Positions 36,705 through 47,764 of a stretch of DNA of 64,000 bases are shown here, in pieces. The translations under genes were made by a program, and so were the position numbers. The stretch is from Williopsis jadinii (lineage: Eukaryota): contig AP024666.1 of NCBI GenBank assembly GCA_024346625.1, positions 1,178,001 through 1,242,000 on the forward strand. The letters are read 5' to 3'. Within the stretch, counting starts at the first letter, position 1. Each line of letters opens with the position of its first letter. The notes beneath the pieces were generated by a model. It was given only the letters and a program-made list of their open reading frames with translations. It ran no database searches and was not told the DNA's origin.

Positions 36705-38390
36705 ATGTCTGTAGGTGCACCAGTTGATTTGCATCCTCATAATACGATGCTTGTATCGTGGAACTGTTCTGGAGAAGTGCATCTGCTCATCGGAGTATCT
36801 GCGCTTACATACACAAGAGTTCAATCCATCTTGACAAATGGCGCAACACCAATAGTGATAACCCAGTTGATCGATTCCGATGATAAGATTCCTCATAATT
36901 TGTTGGTCTTGGAACAGGAAGGTTCAGTCCAAATCCTGAGACGACAGGTTGACATTGGGAAAGATCTATTCACTTTGGGAAGAGATGAGGTTCGTGGAGT
37001 TGTGGATAAAGTCTACGTTAATCTTCCAACAACGGAGGAAGAGTTGAAAAGGGCTATCTTCAAGGAGTGTCAAAGTAACAGAATTCCAATTAATACCACA
37101 GAATCTGTTGAATATTCGACTTTTACGATGTTATCAACACATACCGATGGTGACTTCCAATTAGGTGTTACAACATCAGGAAAGGGCTGTAAGCTTGCTA
37201 GCAGAATTAAAAGAGAAATCGTGTCACAGCTACCTAAGAACATCAATGAGATTTGTCAAAGTGTTGGTGCACTCCGTCTGAAGATCCAAGAAGAGGATAG
37301 ACAAAAACTGTCCAAGTTCAAGGAAGAGTACGAGAGATTCTTGAGAGAAGAACTTGGTGAGCATGAGGACGACGCAGTTCAATCATCAAAGTTCAACAAC
37401 TTTGTTAGTGAATTCAACATGACTGAAACACAGAAAAAGTTGCAAAGATCTAGATGGCTCTCACAGGTTGTCGAATATTACCCATTGTCTAAACTGGCTG
37501 ATATTTCAATTGATGATATATCAAGCGCGTATTCGATATCCTCTGGCGATGCTCATACTGGCTATGAAACACCTTTGTCTTCAAAGCAAATCAAAGGATC
37601 GATCTCTCTGGTCGGTTCGGGTCCTGGTTCTGTATCATTGCTCACCATTGGCGCTCTCCAGGAAATATCTAGCGCAGATTTGGTTCTAGCAGATAAACTT
37701 GTGCCTCAACAGGTCCTTGATTTGATCCCGATAAAGACAGAAAAGTTCATTGCCCGCAAATTCCCAGGTAACGCTGAAGCAGCCCAAGAAGAGCTCTTAT
37801 CTCTAGGGCTGCAAGCGCTCAAACTCGGGAAGAAAGTTGTCAGATTGAAACAAGGAGACCCATATATCTTTGGCCGTGGTGGTGAAGAGTATATCTTCTT
37901 TGCCAAGCACGGTTTCGTACCTACTGTGTTACCTGGTATTACATCCGCATTGAGTTCCACGGTGAGCTCACAGATCCCAGCTACACAGAGAGACGTTGCG
38001 GACCAGGTGCTAATCTGCACTGGAACTGGTCGTCGTGGTGTACTGCCAAACATTCCAGAGTTTGTCGAGACTCGTACCACTGTATTCCTCATGTCATTGC
38101 ACAGAATTCAAGACCTTGTTCCTGCTCTCATCGCCAAGGGCTGGGACCCAAAGGTCCCAGCTGCCATTGTTGAAAGATCTTCATGCCCTGATCAGAGAGT
38201 CACCAGAACGAGACTTGAGGATCTGGTCGACGCAGTCGAAGCAATAGGCTCCAGACCGCCAGGTTTGCTGGTTATCGGCAGGGCATGTGAAGTTCTAACA
38301 GGGCCAATCGAAGAGAGATGGAGAGTACAGGAAGGCTATGAGATTGAAGACTTCCAAGTCTCTGATCTCTTGAAAACCGTTACAGCATAG
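36705..38390 (+). CDS. MET1: Uroporphyrinogen-III C-methyltransferase (siroheme synthesis)
   Basis: LVGSGPG, RLKQGDPYIFGRGGEE, PGITSAL, CTGTGR; N-terminal GCKLASRIKREI. Confidence 0.96.
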   Translation: MSVGAPVDLHPHNTMLVSWNCSGEVHLLIGVSALTYTRVQSILTNGATPIVITQLIDSDDKIPHNLLVLEQEGSVQILRRQVDIGKDLFTLGRDEVRGVVDKVYVNLPTTEEELKRAIFKECQSNRIPINTTESVEYSTFTMLSTHTDGDFQLGVTTSGKGCKLASRIKREIVSQLPKNINEICQSVGALRLKIQEEDRQKLSKFKEEYERFLREELGEHEDDAVQSSKFNNFVSEFNMTETQKKLQRSRWLSQVVEYYPLSKLADISIDDISSAYSISSGDAHTGYETPLSSKQIKGSISLVGSGPGSVSLLTIGALQEISSADLVLADKLVPQQVLDLIPIKTEKFIARKFPGNAEAAQEELLSLGLQALKLGKKVVRLKQGDPYIFGRGGEEYIFFAKHGFVPTVLPGITSALSSTVSSQIPATQRDVADQVLICTGTGRRGVLPNIPEFVETRTTVFLMSLHRIQDLVPALIAKGWDPKVPAAIVERSSCPDQRVTRTRLEDLVDAVEAIGSRPPGLLVIGRACEVLTGPIEERWRVQEGYEIEDFQVSDLLKTVTA

Positions 38391-38664
38391 CACCCCATAG
38401 ACACCGTGTTCTCAAACAGTGTCATTGCATATATATCCACATAGAGTTGGTATAATATTTATACACGTCATGTTAACACTCGTTGTACCATGCCATTGAT
38501 TCAAAGGCTCTGATTGGCCTGGTGTAGGTGATTAAGGCAAAATGTCCGGTTGTTATCAAACGCGCTGGCCACGCGGAGAAGATCGACTATTTCGGAAGAT
38601 AAGCTTTCGCCTGTGTATAGGACATTGTTGGCAGGTGCCAAAAGAGAAGTTTCATTCTTTGGAT

Positions 38665-39799
38665 ATGCTTGCTTTTAGAAGAATCCCACTAATTAATAAA
38701 CCAGGCTTTAGAGCTTTCCATTCGTCTAAACGATTGGCAACTCTACAACCCCATGAGGCCGGGTTTGTGTTTGAGTATGTTTGACAGTTTTGTTAAGCCA
38801 CACGGAGGTTGGACCAGAGTACTAACTCAATTCGTTCTCAGTATGGATGGTGTATTGTTAAAGGGGTCTAAAGTGATACCAGAGGCTCCAAAGGCGCTGG
38901 AGCTACTACAGGAACGTTCAATTCCGTGGATCTTGATGACCAATGGAGGGGGAATTTCAGAAGCTGATCGTGCAAAGGTGCTAACCGCTAAGCTTGGTAT
39001 CAGTGTTGATGTCGAGCAAATTGTTCAGTCCCACACGCCGATAACGTCGATTCCAAATAAGGAGGATCTCACAGTTCTTGTTCTTGGTGGCATTAGGGAC
39101 CAGGTCCGTTCCGTTGCTGAAGGGTACGGGTTTGGTAAGGTTCTACTCAGTGCAGACTACGTCAAAACGGACCCTTCCGTGTCACCGTTCAAGAACAAGG
39201 AGACTTTAGAATTTGGTCGAGTAGTCCCTAACATCAAGGACTTGCACGTTGACAAGATTCTGGTTTTCAACGATCCGAGAGACCTCTGGACCGATATACA
39301 AGTTGTAAGCGACTTGTTGAGAAAGAATCCGGAAACACATGTCATCTTCTCCAACAACGATTGGCTCTGGGCCAACGAATACCCGGATCCACGTTATGGA
39401 CAAGGCCTTGTTCGTTTCTTATTTGAAAGACTCTACCAGGAGGAGATTGGTAAACCTTTGAACAAGACCATCCTGGGCAAGCCAACCAAATTCGCCTACG
39501 ATTTTGCGCACCATGTTCTCATCAACAGGTCGCTGGCACTCAGCGGACTCGACACCTGTAACAAGACACACTTGGAGTTTGGCAAGGAAGTTGAAAATAG
39601 CCACATGAAGGAAGTGTTCATGGTGGGTGATAACCCAGCAAGTGATATCATTGGAGGGTACAACTACGGGTGGCACACGGCCCTCGTGAGAACAGGCGTG
39701 TACAGAGATGGTGATAAGTTACCATGTCCGCCAACCATCACCGGAAACAACGTCTACGACGTTGTCAAAGGAGCACTCGAGAAGATGGGCCTCTACTGA
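38665..39799 (+). CDS. Mitochondrial HAD-IIA hydrolase (YKR070W/HDHD5-like), 355 aa, exons 38665-38774, 38842-39799
   Basis: Intron GTATGT..TACTAAC..CAG joins a presequence to motif I FVFDMDGVL. Also TNGGG, GKP, MVGDNPASDI. Confidence 0.92.
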
Positions 39800-40183
39800 G
39801 TACCAAGAAGGTTACAATTGTTAGGACAACAATGCAACGTTTCTTTTCACTGTTGTGTAGCTAGAATTGTTAAAAAAAGAAAGAAATGGCGATGACAATA
39901 GCGGCGAAGAGAAAGAAATGGGCTCGCACTGTGGGCAGGAAAGGGAGTGTTGCGAGCCCCCCTCCCGCCAGTGGTGGCGGCCTCCCAGTCGGGCTGGCAC
40001 GGGCTTCCGGCTCTTCCCACGATTTTCCTCTCCCTTCTCACGCAGCGGTTTTTTTCTCTCATTCGTGAGTGCTTATCACGTCACAGCGAGGCGTAGGGAA
40101 TGTGTCACAGGACAGCACACGCTGCGCCGCTTACCACAGTGGTGCACTGAGCCAGGGATATTAAATTCTCTCGTTATGCTGCG

Positions 40184-40200
40184 TATATAAAAGTGGCAAA
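40184..40200 (+). promoter_or_regulatory. TATA box plus Rpn4 PACE-like site upstream of TMC1
   Basis: TATATAAA at 40184 followed by AGTGGCAAA at 40192-40200. Confidence 0.5.
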
Positions 40201-40289
40201 GTCGCACACCAGACTCCAAGTTTCGGACGCTTTTCCCTTCTGATAAGGATAGAACATCTTTGATTCAAACAATAAAGCAGAGATAAACC

Positions 40290-40604
40290 ATGTCAGATAT
40301 TGAACAGCAACAGCAGGAGCACATCGAGCAGAAAGATCACCAGCCACAGGAGCAACAGCAACTGGACACTGTTAACAAAATCTCCAAACCAAAGAAGAAG
40401 TCAAAGAAGTTGTGCCAGTACAAGAACTGTACTTCACCACATTCTATCATTGGAGACTGTTCCTTCTGTTTCAAAAAGTTTTGCACACGTCACAGACTCT
40501 TGGAGTCACATGACTGTGAGCACTACAGAGAAGTGCAGAAGGATTACCACATGAGAAACGCTAAGCAGCTCCAATCTCAACAGACCGTTGTCTCCAAGGT
40601 TTGA
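40290..40604 (+). CDS. TMC1: AN1-type zinc finger protein
   Basis: C..C....IGDCSFC...FC..HRLLESH.C; synteny with ETT1 and VHS3. Confidence 0.88.
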   Translation: MSDIEQQQQEHIEQKDHQPQEQQQLDTVNKISKPKKKSKKLCQYKNCTSPHSIIGDCSFCFKKFCTRHRLLESHDCEHYREVQKDYHMRNAKQLQSQQTVVSKV

Positions 40605-41291
40605 GGGCAAATGGATGTTTGCACATGCATTTCTATCACACCAGGAGCCCCAGATATACCTTTTTAATACCCACTTGGTAAATCTGTGGATGGGGGTTGC
40701 CGGTGATAATGGCATCCTCCCTCGCATTTGCCACCGCCCCTGAGATGGTGGTGGTGTCGGGGGCCAATACCAAATAACTCAAAGGAGGAGGGTTATATAT
40801 CCAGTTGTGCTTACTGTCAGCACTACAGGCCCTGGACTGCATTGTTTTCTTGCTCTCCCTTCTCCAAATGTTGGTATGTGTGATTTGTTCTCTCTCTCTG
40901 GGCTGATTTTACTGATATCCCATTCCCTTTTTTACTTCTTTGCTGCACCGGTTGTGTTATCTTTTCCATATGGGGGAGGGAGGTCCTCTCTGGGAAGTGA
41001 AAACCCATTGAGAGCATCAAATCAACATCAAAATAATTCTCAACTACAAGACATACTATTTAGAAACCAGAGATGTATAATAGAAAATAACATTGTATTG
41101 GATATGAAAGGGTGACATTGTAGATGGGTTACATGTATGTATGCTGGCGGTGACTGCAAGTGTCTACTGCAGGGGGGGGGGGACGAGGTTGAACTACGAG
41201 CAATTTACATCTAACGACAAAAATGTAGTTGATTTGATTTGAAATCAGATTAAATATAAATAACGTGATGTCCCTACTTTGTTGTATGCAG

Positions 41292-42137
41292 TTAGAGGTC
41301 ATCGTCGACGCCATCCAGGGTAATCGTTTGGCCAGGCTTGAACGCAGGTAGCCCTAAGAATGGACAACCAGAACATCTAAATGCATCACCTAATGAACAT
41401 GATCCACAGCCTCCTGTTTTGCCCTCTACGGTGAAGTCGATTTCTGAAAGTTCCTCCTTGGAGAACTGCACCTTCTTCGGTGCTTCCTTAACATCGTTAT
41501 CAAAGCCAAATGCCTCTTTTTCAGCCAATCCACAGGTACAATCTTTACAAGCTTTTCTTCTCTTCTGTCCTCCAGAACTAGGTTCCCGTAGACAAATAAT
41601 CGAGCCAGAGTTCAATGTGCTTGAAACGAGCGAGTCCTCGTCGATGAGTTCATCGTCAGAGTCTTCGCTGAGGTATCTCAACTTCTTTTCTGCTTCTAGA
41701 GGTGAAGGCGTCTTCACAAGCTCGGGTAGTGATGGTGTAGGTGATGGGGCAGATAGTAATTCTGATGATGCATTTGTATTTTCAGCTTTGTTCAACTTCT
41801 TGAACTTCTTAAGCTTTGATAGCTTTGAGCCCGTTTTCAAACCAGATGGCTTATTGCTTCCGTTCAATGAGACCGTCGTCGTGACCCGGAGTGACTGTTT
41901 TATAGCTGGGTGGTTAGGGATCGTTGAGTTGAATCCGGTTGAATCCAAGTAGTAGATGTAGTCATAATGGTTCTGAGGTAAAACAACCTTCTCAAGTACA
42001 ATATTGGATAACAAGTACTGATCTATTGTTGAGGTTGGATGCTGTTGAATGAGGGTCTGCTTACTCTGAGCCACAATCGCTTCAGCATCAGGTGAAGCAA
42101 CAAATGTGTGGTTGAGCAGAAGCAGTACGTTCGACAT
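41292..42137 (-). CDS. DRE2: CIA Fe-S assembly factor Dre2/anamorsin, 281 aa
   Basis: [10 protein letters not shown] and [27 protein letters not shown] motifs; ELIDEDSL linker. Confidence 0.95.
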   Translation of the reverse strand: MSNVLLLLNHTFVASPDAEAIVAQSKQTLIQQHPTSTIDQYLLSNIVLEKVVLPQNHYDYIYYLDSTGFNSTIPNHPAIKQSLRVTTTVSLNGSNKPSGLKTGSKLSKLKKFKKLNKAENTNASSELLSAPSPTPSLPELVKTPSPLEAEKKLRYLSEDSDDELIDEDSLVSSTLNSGSIICLREPSSGGQKRRKACKDCTCGLAEKEAFGFDNDVKEAPKKVQFSKEELSEIDFTVEGKTGGCGSCSLGDAFRCSGCPFLGLPAFKPGQTITLDGVDDDL

Positions 42138-43728
42138 AGTGGTCACTTCTTGTATAGCACAGACTTTTATTAGCAACTGGATAGACGAGACTCAACGAAG
42201 GATAGTGGGATATTGACCTTTTATATAATAAAGCCGTGTTGAAGGAAAGAAAAGAGAGACGGAAAAAAAACCAGTCAGGTTTTCACGGATTTGCAATCTT
42301 TATGACAAATTTTACTCAGCGTGAGGTGACAAATCTCACCGGCCGGTACCGCACCAGTTTCGTTTTTGCAGAGAAGCTTAAGCAGAAAGCCAAAAAAACC
42401 CAGAAGGAAAAAACCAATCTCTTAGACGGAACGTCTCCCTTTGGAGAAAGCAGTTAGGCTGAGCCGCACGTCCAAATCGAAGCGGAAAATATAAATCCCG
42501 ATGGATTTTTTGGTTTCCTTCACACGTTAAGCACTACCGATTAGCGATAAGTCAATCACCACAGCCTATGCTTACGATAAATGTCGTTCAATTGATAAGA
42601 TTACAGGTGCTGAACAAAGATCCCTACGTGATTTATGAGGCCAATAAACCGTTATCGAATCTGGGGACTCACTACCAGTTGTAGAATTTGTAATAAAAGG
42701 CGTTAAATAATGCTTCGTTTATGCTTTTTGCTGGATCGAAAACTAACGTCACACAGGAAAAAACTTGCGACACAGGCTCCCCCTTCGATCGAAAAGATAA
42801 AAAGCAAGGAGAAAAAAAGAAAAAAAAAGAAAAAAAATACGGCCTTTGAAAACTCTCAGCACTGCTCAACTGTGTGACTTGTCTACGTTTGAAGGGATTT
42901 AGAAAGATGTCTCGAGGTTCGAAATGTGTAGACGATGATTGGCAATACTACTCCCCAATTCCTCTTGTGAGGATGCCATTTGTTGTTAGTAATTGGGCCA
43001 TATCTGCTGACGTCTGGGGTCTATGATCAAACTGTGTAGAAAGGTTATTATGGGATGAGGCGGGTGATATCCCGCCTGTTTGCACAACATGTGCTGACAG
43101 ATTCGCTGGCTTTGAGTGGCTACATTTTATTTGGCGTTGGTAACTCGCGATGCCGCTGTTTTAACTGGTCAGTTTAACAACAGTAAATAGCATGTACAAC
43201 CTGCGCATAGATACATACAGAGACCAAACTATTCACACTGGACGACATGGCTGATATGCCATGTCCTCACTGCGTTAATATGCTGGGTCCTCTGGGCCCG
43301 GGAGTCCATAGCAATCCATGAGGGCTCTGAACAAATGGTGATTTGCGCCTATTTGGTGTTCGGCCAATCTTCCCAACAATGAGTTCTAAAGGGGCAGGAA
43401 ACCGCTACCGTAGTCAGCATAGACATAATCATCCAACTGTACCAAAGTACGCGTTTCTTACGTTGTGAAATAATCACAGGCGCCTTGGTGGTACATAGAA
43501 TTATACTCGGTATTATATGTATATCAAAAACTTTAGTAACTTAGAATAATGATTTAAGCAACAATCATGAAACGACAGCAGAGAATGAGACAAGTAAATA
43601 AGAGATGTGAGATGTGAGATGTGAGTTAATGATGAGACGATGTGGTTCCACGAAGCTGATGCGATAAAATTATACGTGGTTTTGATTTTTAATATCTCTG
43701 GCCTCAACGCCAAAACCGTTCCTCGCCG

Positions 43729-45489
43729 TTAAAGCGACAGTTTGGGATTTGAAAGTTCGCCATCTTCTTCAGCAACTGTTAGCTTTCGAAGCCCTTTTGT
43801 CAGTTTACTTGGAGTGGTTTTGACAACTTTGTCGCCATCGGTACTCTCAATGGCTAGTTCTGAATCGTCGTCATTATTATCGTCGTCATCGTTATCATCG
43901 TCGTCATCGTCATCATCATCATCGTCGTCATCGTCATCATCATTATCATCATCGCAACCGTTTGCCTTACCACTGATGGAATCTTTCTTCGTGCCCCTGA
44001 TATTGTCATCATTATCATCATCTTCGTCATCATCGTCATCATCCTCTGGATATCCACCAAGTTGATGAACAATCTTATCCACAATCTCGTTATAATCCAT
44101 CATTCCGCCCATACCAATATCTCCATAACTTCCAATGATCTTTTCAGCTGGTTTCAAAACTTCGATCCATGGCATCTCTTCCTTTATCGTCTTCAGATGT
44201 CTCTTTGTCTGTACAGAGTTGTACGCATAACTCACCATGGAAGGAGCCATAACAATTGGATACTGTGTGTTCCAAGCCCTAATCACATTTGTCAACAAGT
44301 TATCACAGATACCAAGAGCAACTTTGGAGAGTGTGTTGGCTGTTAACGGAGCAATGATCAAGATATCAGCCCAGCGACGCAGTTCGATGTGTAGTACTGG
44401 ATCTGTACGGGTCTTCCACGTGGACCATTCATCTTTATCACGCCAGATAAACACGTTTGGGCCAAAATCTGTACGTGAGACGAAATGCTCGGCTGCACTG
44501 GTTAGCACCAGCTGTATCGACAGCTTGTCTTTACCATAAATATCTTCAAGTCTTTTCACAATCAGTCTGATCTTGGCACTGGCAACACTACCACATGCAC
44601 CAAACAAGATATGTATCTTACCATCATCCTGTGGTAATCTTGGATCAACGTTCTGTGTAGTTTCTTTCTTTACTGGTGCCACAGGTTCGGACAATTCGTC
44701 AAATTCGCTCAAAACCTCCGGGATGTTACGAATCTCACTGTTGGCAGTTGTGGAACTGTTACTTCTTGAGCGAGACCCACTGTGACGTATAGTATCTTCG
44801 ACAAAGAAGTGAGGATGTGCAATCTTATCTGGACTTTTCCGGTCAACTGCAGACGTTGACGCACTCAGCGTTTGTCCTAACGACAAAGGAGGACTCGTTG
44901 TAGTCACTGGAGAAACAGACCGTAGTCTACCTCTTGCTGTTGCAGCAGCAACCGCAGCAACAACTGCAGTAGCGGCTGCTCGACCTCTCATGGCACCGTT
45001 AGAAGAAGATGCAAGGCCTGTAAAGCTCGTATGGGACTCTATCTTTTTCAGCTGTGGCCCTGGTGTTATAGGAGTCGGGTGTTGAAGATTTGAATATTGT
45101 CCTGGAATTGTGGTTGTTGTTGATTTCGTTGTTGCTGGTGGCGGCGATGGTGGTGACGGAGATGCCGTGGTTGTCGGAGTTGTTGTTGATGACATTGCTG
45201 TTGCTCCTGTTACCGGCTTGTTTTCAAACTGAGGGGCTCGTACTTGGACATGAGGTGGGTTGAGGTTAGAAGCCCCTGCTGTTGCCTCATCGGTGGCATC
45301 GCCAGCCAGCTCGCTCGTTATAATCTTGCCTATGGACACTTGTGAGATGTTGTTACCAGTAAGGACCGCAGTGTTCAGGATCGGTGGTGGTGATGGGCAT
45401 TGTAAACTAGAGAGCGCCATATCCTTGGATGACAGAGTGCGCTCAGCACTCTCCTCTGCCCAAGCAGTTTTATCGGAATTCTCTGTCAT
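43729..45489 (-). CDS. SIS2: Hal3/Vhs3-type PPC decarboxylase subunit and Ppz1 inhibitor, 586 aa
   Basis: PRLPQDDGK, HIELRRWAD (catalytic His present), APLTANTLSK, GSYGDIG (catalytic Cys absent, as in Hal3/Vhs3); long Asp-rich tail. Confidence 0.92.
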   Translation of the reverse strand: MTENSDKTAWAEESAERTLSSKDMALSSLQCPSPPPILNTAVLTGNNISQVSIGKIITSELAGDATDEATAGASNLNPPHVQVRAPQFENKPVTGATAMSSTTTPTTTASPSPPSPPPATTKSTTTTIPGQYSNLQHPTPITPGPQLKKIESHTSFTGLASSSNGAMRGRAAATAVVAAVAAATARGRLRSVSPVTTTSPPLSLGQTLSASTSAVDRKSPDKIAHPHFFVEDTIRHSGSRSRSNSSTTANSEIRNIPEVLSEFDELSEPVAPVKKETTQNVDPRLPQDDGKIHILFGACGSVASAKIRLIVKRLEDIYGKDKLSIQLVLTSAAEHFVSRTDFGPNVFIWRDKDEWSTWKTRTDPVLHIELRRWADILIIAPLTANTLSKVALGICDNLLTNVIRAWNTQYPIVMAPSMVSYAYNSVQTKRHLKTIKEEMPWIEVLKPAEKIIGSYGDIGMGGMMDYNEIVDKIVHQLGGYPEDDDDDDEDDDNDDNIRGTKKDSISGKANGCDDDNDDDDDDDDDDDDDDDDNDDDDNNDDDSELAIESTDGDKVVKTTPSKLTKGLRKLTVAEEDGELSNPKLSL

Positions 45490-46055
45490 TGCTAACCTTA
45501 GCGAAATCTTGCTATTTCTCTCTTTCTCAAGTACGAGTCGGGTGGTTCTGTTCTGCAATGGAAAGTTTTCAATAAGCTTCAATTAAAAATTCGCTGGCTT
45601 CTGCTTGTTTGTGCTTTTTTGTGAGTTTTTTATACTCCCTTTATATCTGAAAACCTCCTTGTAAATAAATTTTGTTCTCTTTGTTTGCCCTAGGATGCTC
45701 TTTTTTTCTCTCACCTGTTTCCACACCGACGGTGGTTTTGTTGTGTTTGTGTTTGTGTGGGTGTGTTTTTTCTGAGCAGCCATTTCGAACCAAATAGGCA
45801 ATTTGGAAAACTGTAACGTCATAGTTGTGTTTTTTGGGTTTGAGCGGCTTTGCCCCCCATTTTTTTTGACGCTTCCGCTTTCTTTATTGAGCGGAATTGT
45901 TCCTCAGCTGTGGTCAAACAACACCGAGTGTCTTTCTACACCGTACAATTCGTAGGTTAAGAGAGAAAATACAACCGTCTTTATATACCAAATGATATGT
46001 ATTTGCTTTTCTTTGTCTCCTAAATCTTTCGCTGTTCTGGTTTCCAAAGAAGCGC

Positions 46056-47495
46056 TCACTTTCTTCTTCTGCCAGAGTTGACGTATCTTCCCTTTCCAAC
46101 CTTCACACCGTGGGCTCTAAAGCCTTGGGCGACGAATGGCGAGATAAAGTTGTCCGCCGAACCCCCACCGATGTAGTCGTCCAGGATCTTCTCGTTCTTT
46201 CTTCTTAACCAGTCGTCATCCTTAAGAGCCTTCTGATACTCCTTCTGATCTTCCCTGAGGATTGGCTCTTCGTACTCCTTCTGCTTGTTAGATTTGTTGT
46301 GGACGAATCCCTTCTTACCCATTCTCTTTTGAGTGTTCTTAGACAATGGAGATGCAAGTGAGTATCTATCACCTCTCTTATGCCACTCGAAGTTGGCCTT
46401 GAGGTGCGGAGTCACCTCACCGGTCTTGGAGTCGACTGACACGGCACATCTAAGCAAAGTCTGACCACCACATCTTGGACAGAAGTGCTTTGGTTGACCA
46501 TTCTTTGGGATCGGAACCATGGTGAAGCACGCATGGCATCTCATCATATAGTTCCTCACCCTCTTGATTTGTAATCCAGAGACTGTACTCATCAGGTTAA
46601 GACCTATTTGCATGGAGACGTTCTGAACGGCAAAATCACCAGTTGCAAGAGCAACTTTGATCTTGGTGCTCACTTTCTCCTTTTCAATCTGCTCTCCACT
46701 ATCCCTGATCAAAACGTCTAGCATATTTTCCGAGGTAATCCATTCACCATCATCGTCATCATCTTCATAAGTTTCTTCGAGATCTTGAACCTGTTGTGCT
46801 TGGTTTTTCTCGTCGAGTTTGTCCAGTGCGTCATTTATAGCACCTTGTGATACTTCTTCCTCTGCATTCACCTTGCTGGTCTCAGTTTCCTCCTTTGCCT
46901 TCTGGTTTTGCTCTCCTTCGTGTTGAGAGGCGGCTTGTTCTTGGGCCTCGGCGGCTTCTCTTGCCAATCTTCTTTCTCTGTTCTTCTTACCGCCTCTGCG
47001 TCTTGGTTTCTTCTTCTTCTCAGTAGGTTCTGAAGATCCTATAGATTGTTCTGGTGAAACAGCATCCACCTCGGCTTCAACAGGAGCATCAGCCACAGCT
47101 TCAACAGTAGTTTTCTCTTTCAAGGCATCAACTTTTCTTTTGAACTCCCTCTTCTCACCGGGGAACGATCTCAATCTCCAGTCCCCATGGTTAAACTCAC
47201 ATTCAAGTTCATACGTCAGCGCAATAATATGGATATCGTTTGCACTCAAGACAGCGTAATCACCTGTCAACTTGGAAAAGTCCGTTACTTTCTTTATAAA
47301 TTCAGCTTTAGGATGTCTAACCTGTAAGTATTCTCCCCATAGTGCAAGGTTCTTCTTTGCATTCTCATCTTTAATCTCATTGTACACCGTCGGAGTGGTG
47401 TAGAACTCCTTGGCAAATGTTTTAAGTGTTGAAATATGCTGAGTAATCAGTGGAGTGGCATCAAGTACTAAAGCCAGGACTCTAGGTTCGCTCAT
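46056..47495 (-). CDS. NOB1: 20S pre-rRNA endonuclease Nob1, 479 aa
   Basis: PIN domain (LVLDA..TGDYAVLS..D), GEWIT, zinc ribbon RCHAC..FCPRCG. Confidence 0.97.
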   Translation of the reverse strand: MSEPRVLALVLDATPLITQHISTLKTFAKEFYTTPTVYNEIKDENAKKNLALWGEYLQVRHPKAEFIKKVTDFSKLTGDYAVLSANDIHIIALTYELECEFNHGDWRLRSFPGEKREFKRKVDALKEKTTVEAVADAPVEAEVDAVSPEQSIGSSEPTEKKKKPRRRGGKKNRERRLAREAAEAQEQAASQHEGEQNQKAKEETETSKVNAEEEVSQGAINDALDKLDEKNQAQQVQDLEETYEDDDDDGEWITSENMLDVLIRDSGEQIEKEKVSTKIKVALATGDFAVQNVSMQIGLNLMSTVSGLQIKRVRNYMMRCHACFTMVPIPKNGQPKHFCPRCGGQTLLRCAVSVDSKTGEVTPHLKANFEWHKRGDRYSLASPLSKNTQKRMGKKGFVHNKSNKQKEYEEPILREDQKEYQKALKDDDWLRRKNEKILDDYIGGGSADNFISPFVAQGFRAHGVKVGKGRYVNSGRRRK

Positions 47496-47545
47496 GGTTT
47501 CGCTATCGATGTCCACAGCTTCTACTCCTATAGGCATCAAGGGAA

Positions 47546-47569
47546 GCTCATCGCACACAAAATTTTCCA
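47546..47569. promoter_or_regulatory. PAC plus RRPE-like elements upstream of NOB1
   Basis: GCTCATCGC 47546-47554 and AAAATTTTCCA 47559-47569; supports the start at 47495. Confidence 0.7.
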
Positions 47570-47764
47570 ACAGTGCATAGAGTTGTGGCCCCAGTCAAGA
47601 ATGCTTTTTTTTTGTTTCAGCTCCTCCCTCTTTGTATTGCGCGAAACTTTCCTTTTACGGAGGAGAACACAAAAGGAACAAAAAACCAATTGTGTTGTCC
47701 TGGTGACGACAAACTCCCGAAAATCAAAACAAACCTCGGCGGGTTGAGGGGGGGCTGCGGTGCG

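Noticed and set aside
43012..43022. AGACCCCAGAC (minus strand) as a telomerase RNA template, with the orphan intron as a 3'-processing signal
   Set aside because: It lies downstream of the donor and would be cut off, there is no clear Sm site, only ~500 nt of room upstream, and the species' telomere repeat is unknown to me.
47496..47570. N-terminal extension of NOB1
   Set aside because: Overlaps PAC/RRPE promoter elements; homology begins at MSEPRV.
47736..47744. TCGGCGGGT as a URS1 driving an NDC80 long leader isoform
   Set aside because: The mismatch falls in the GGCGGC core and the intergenic space is short.
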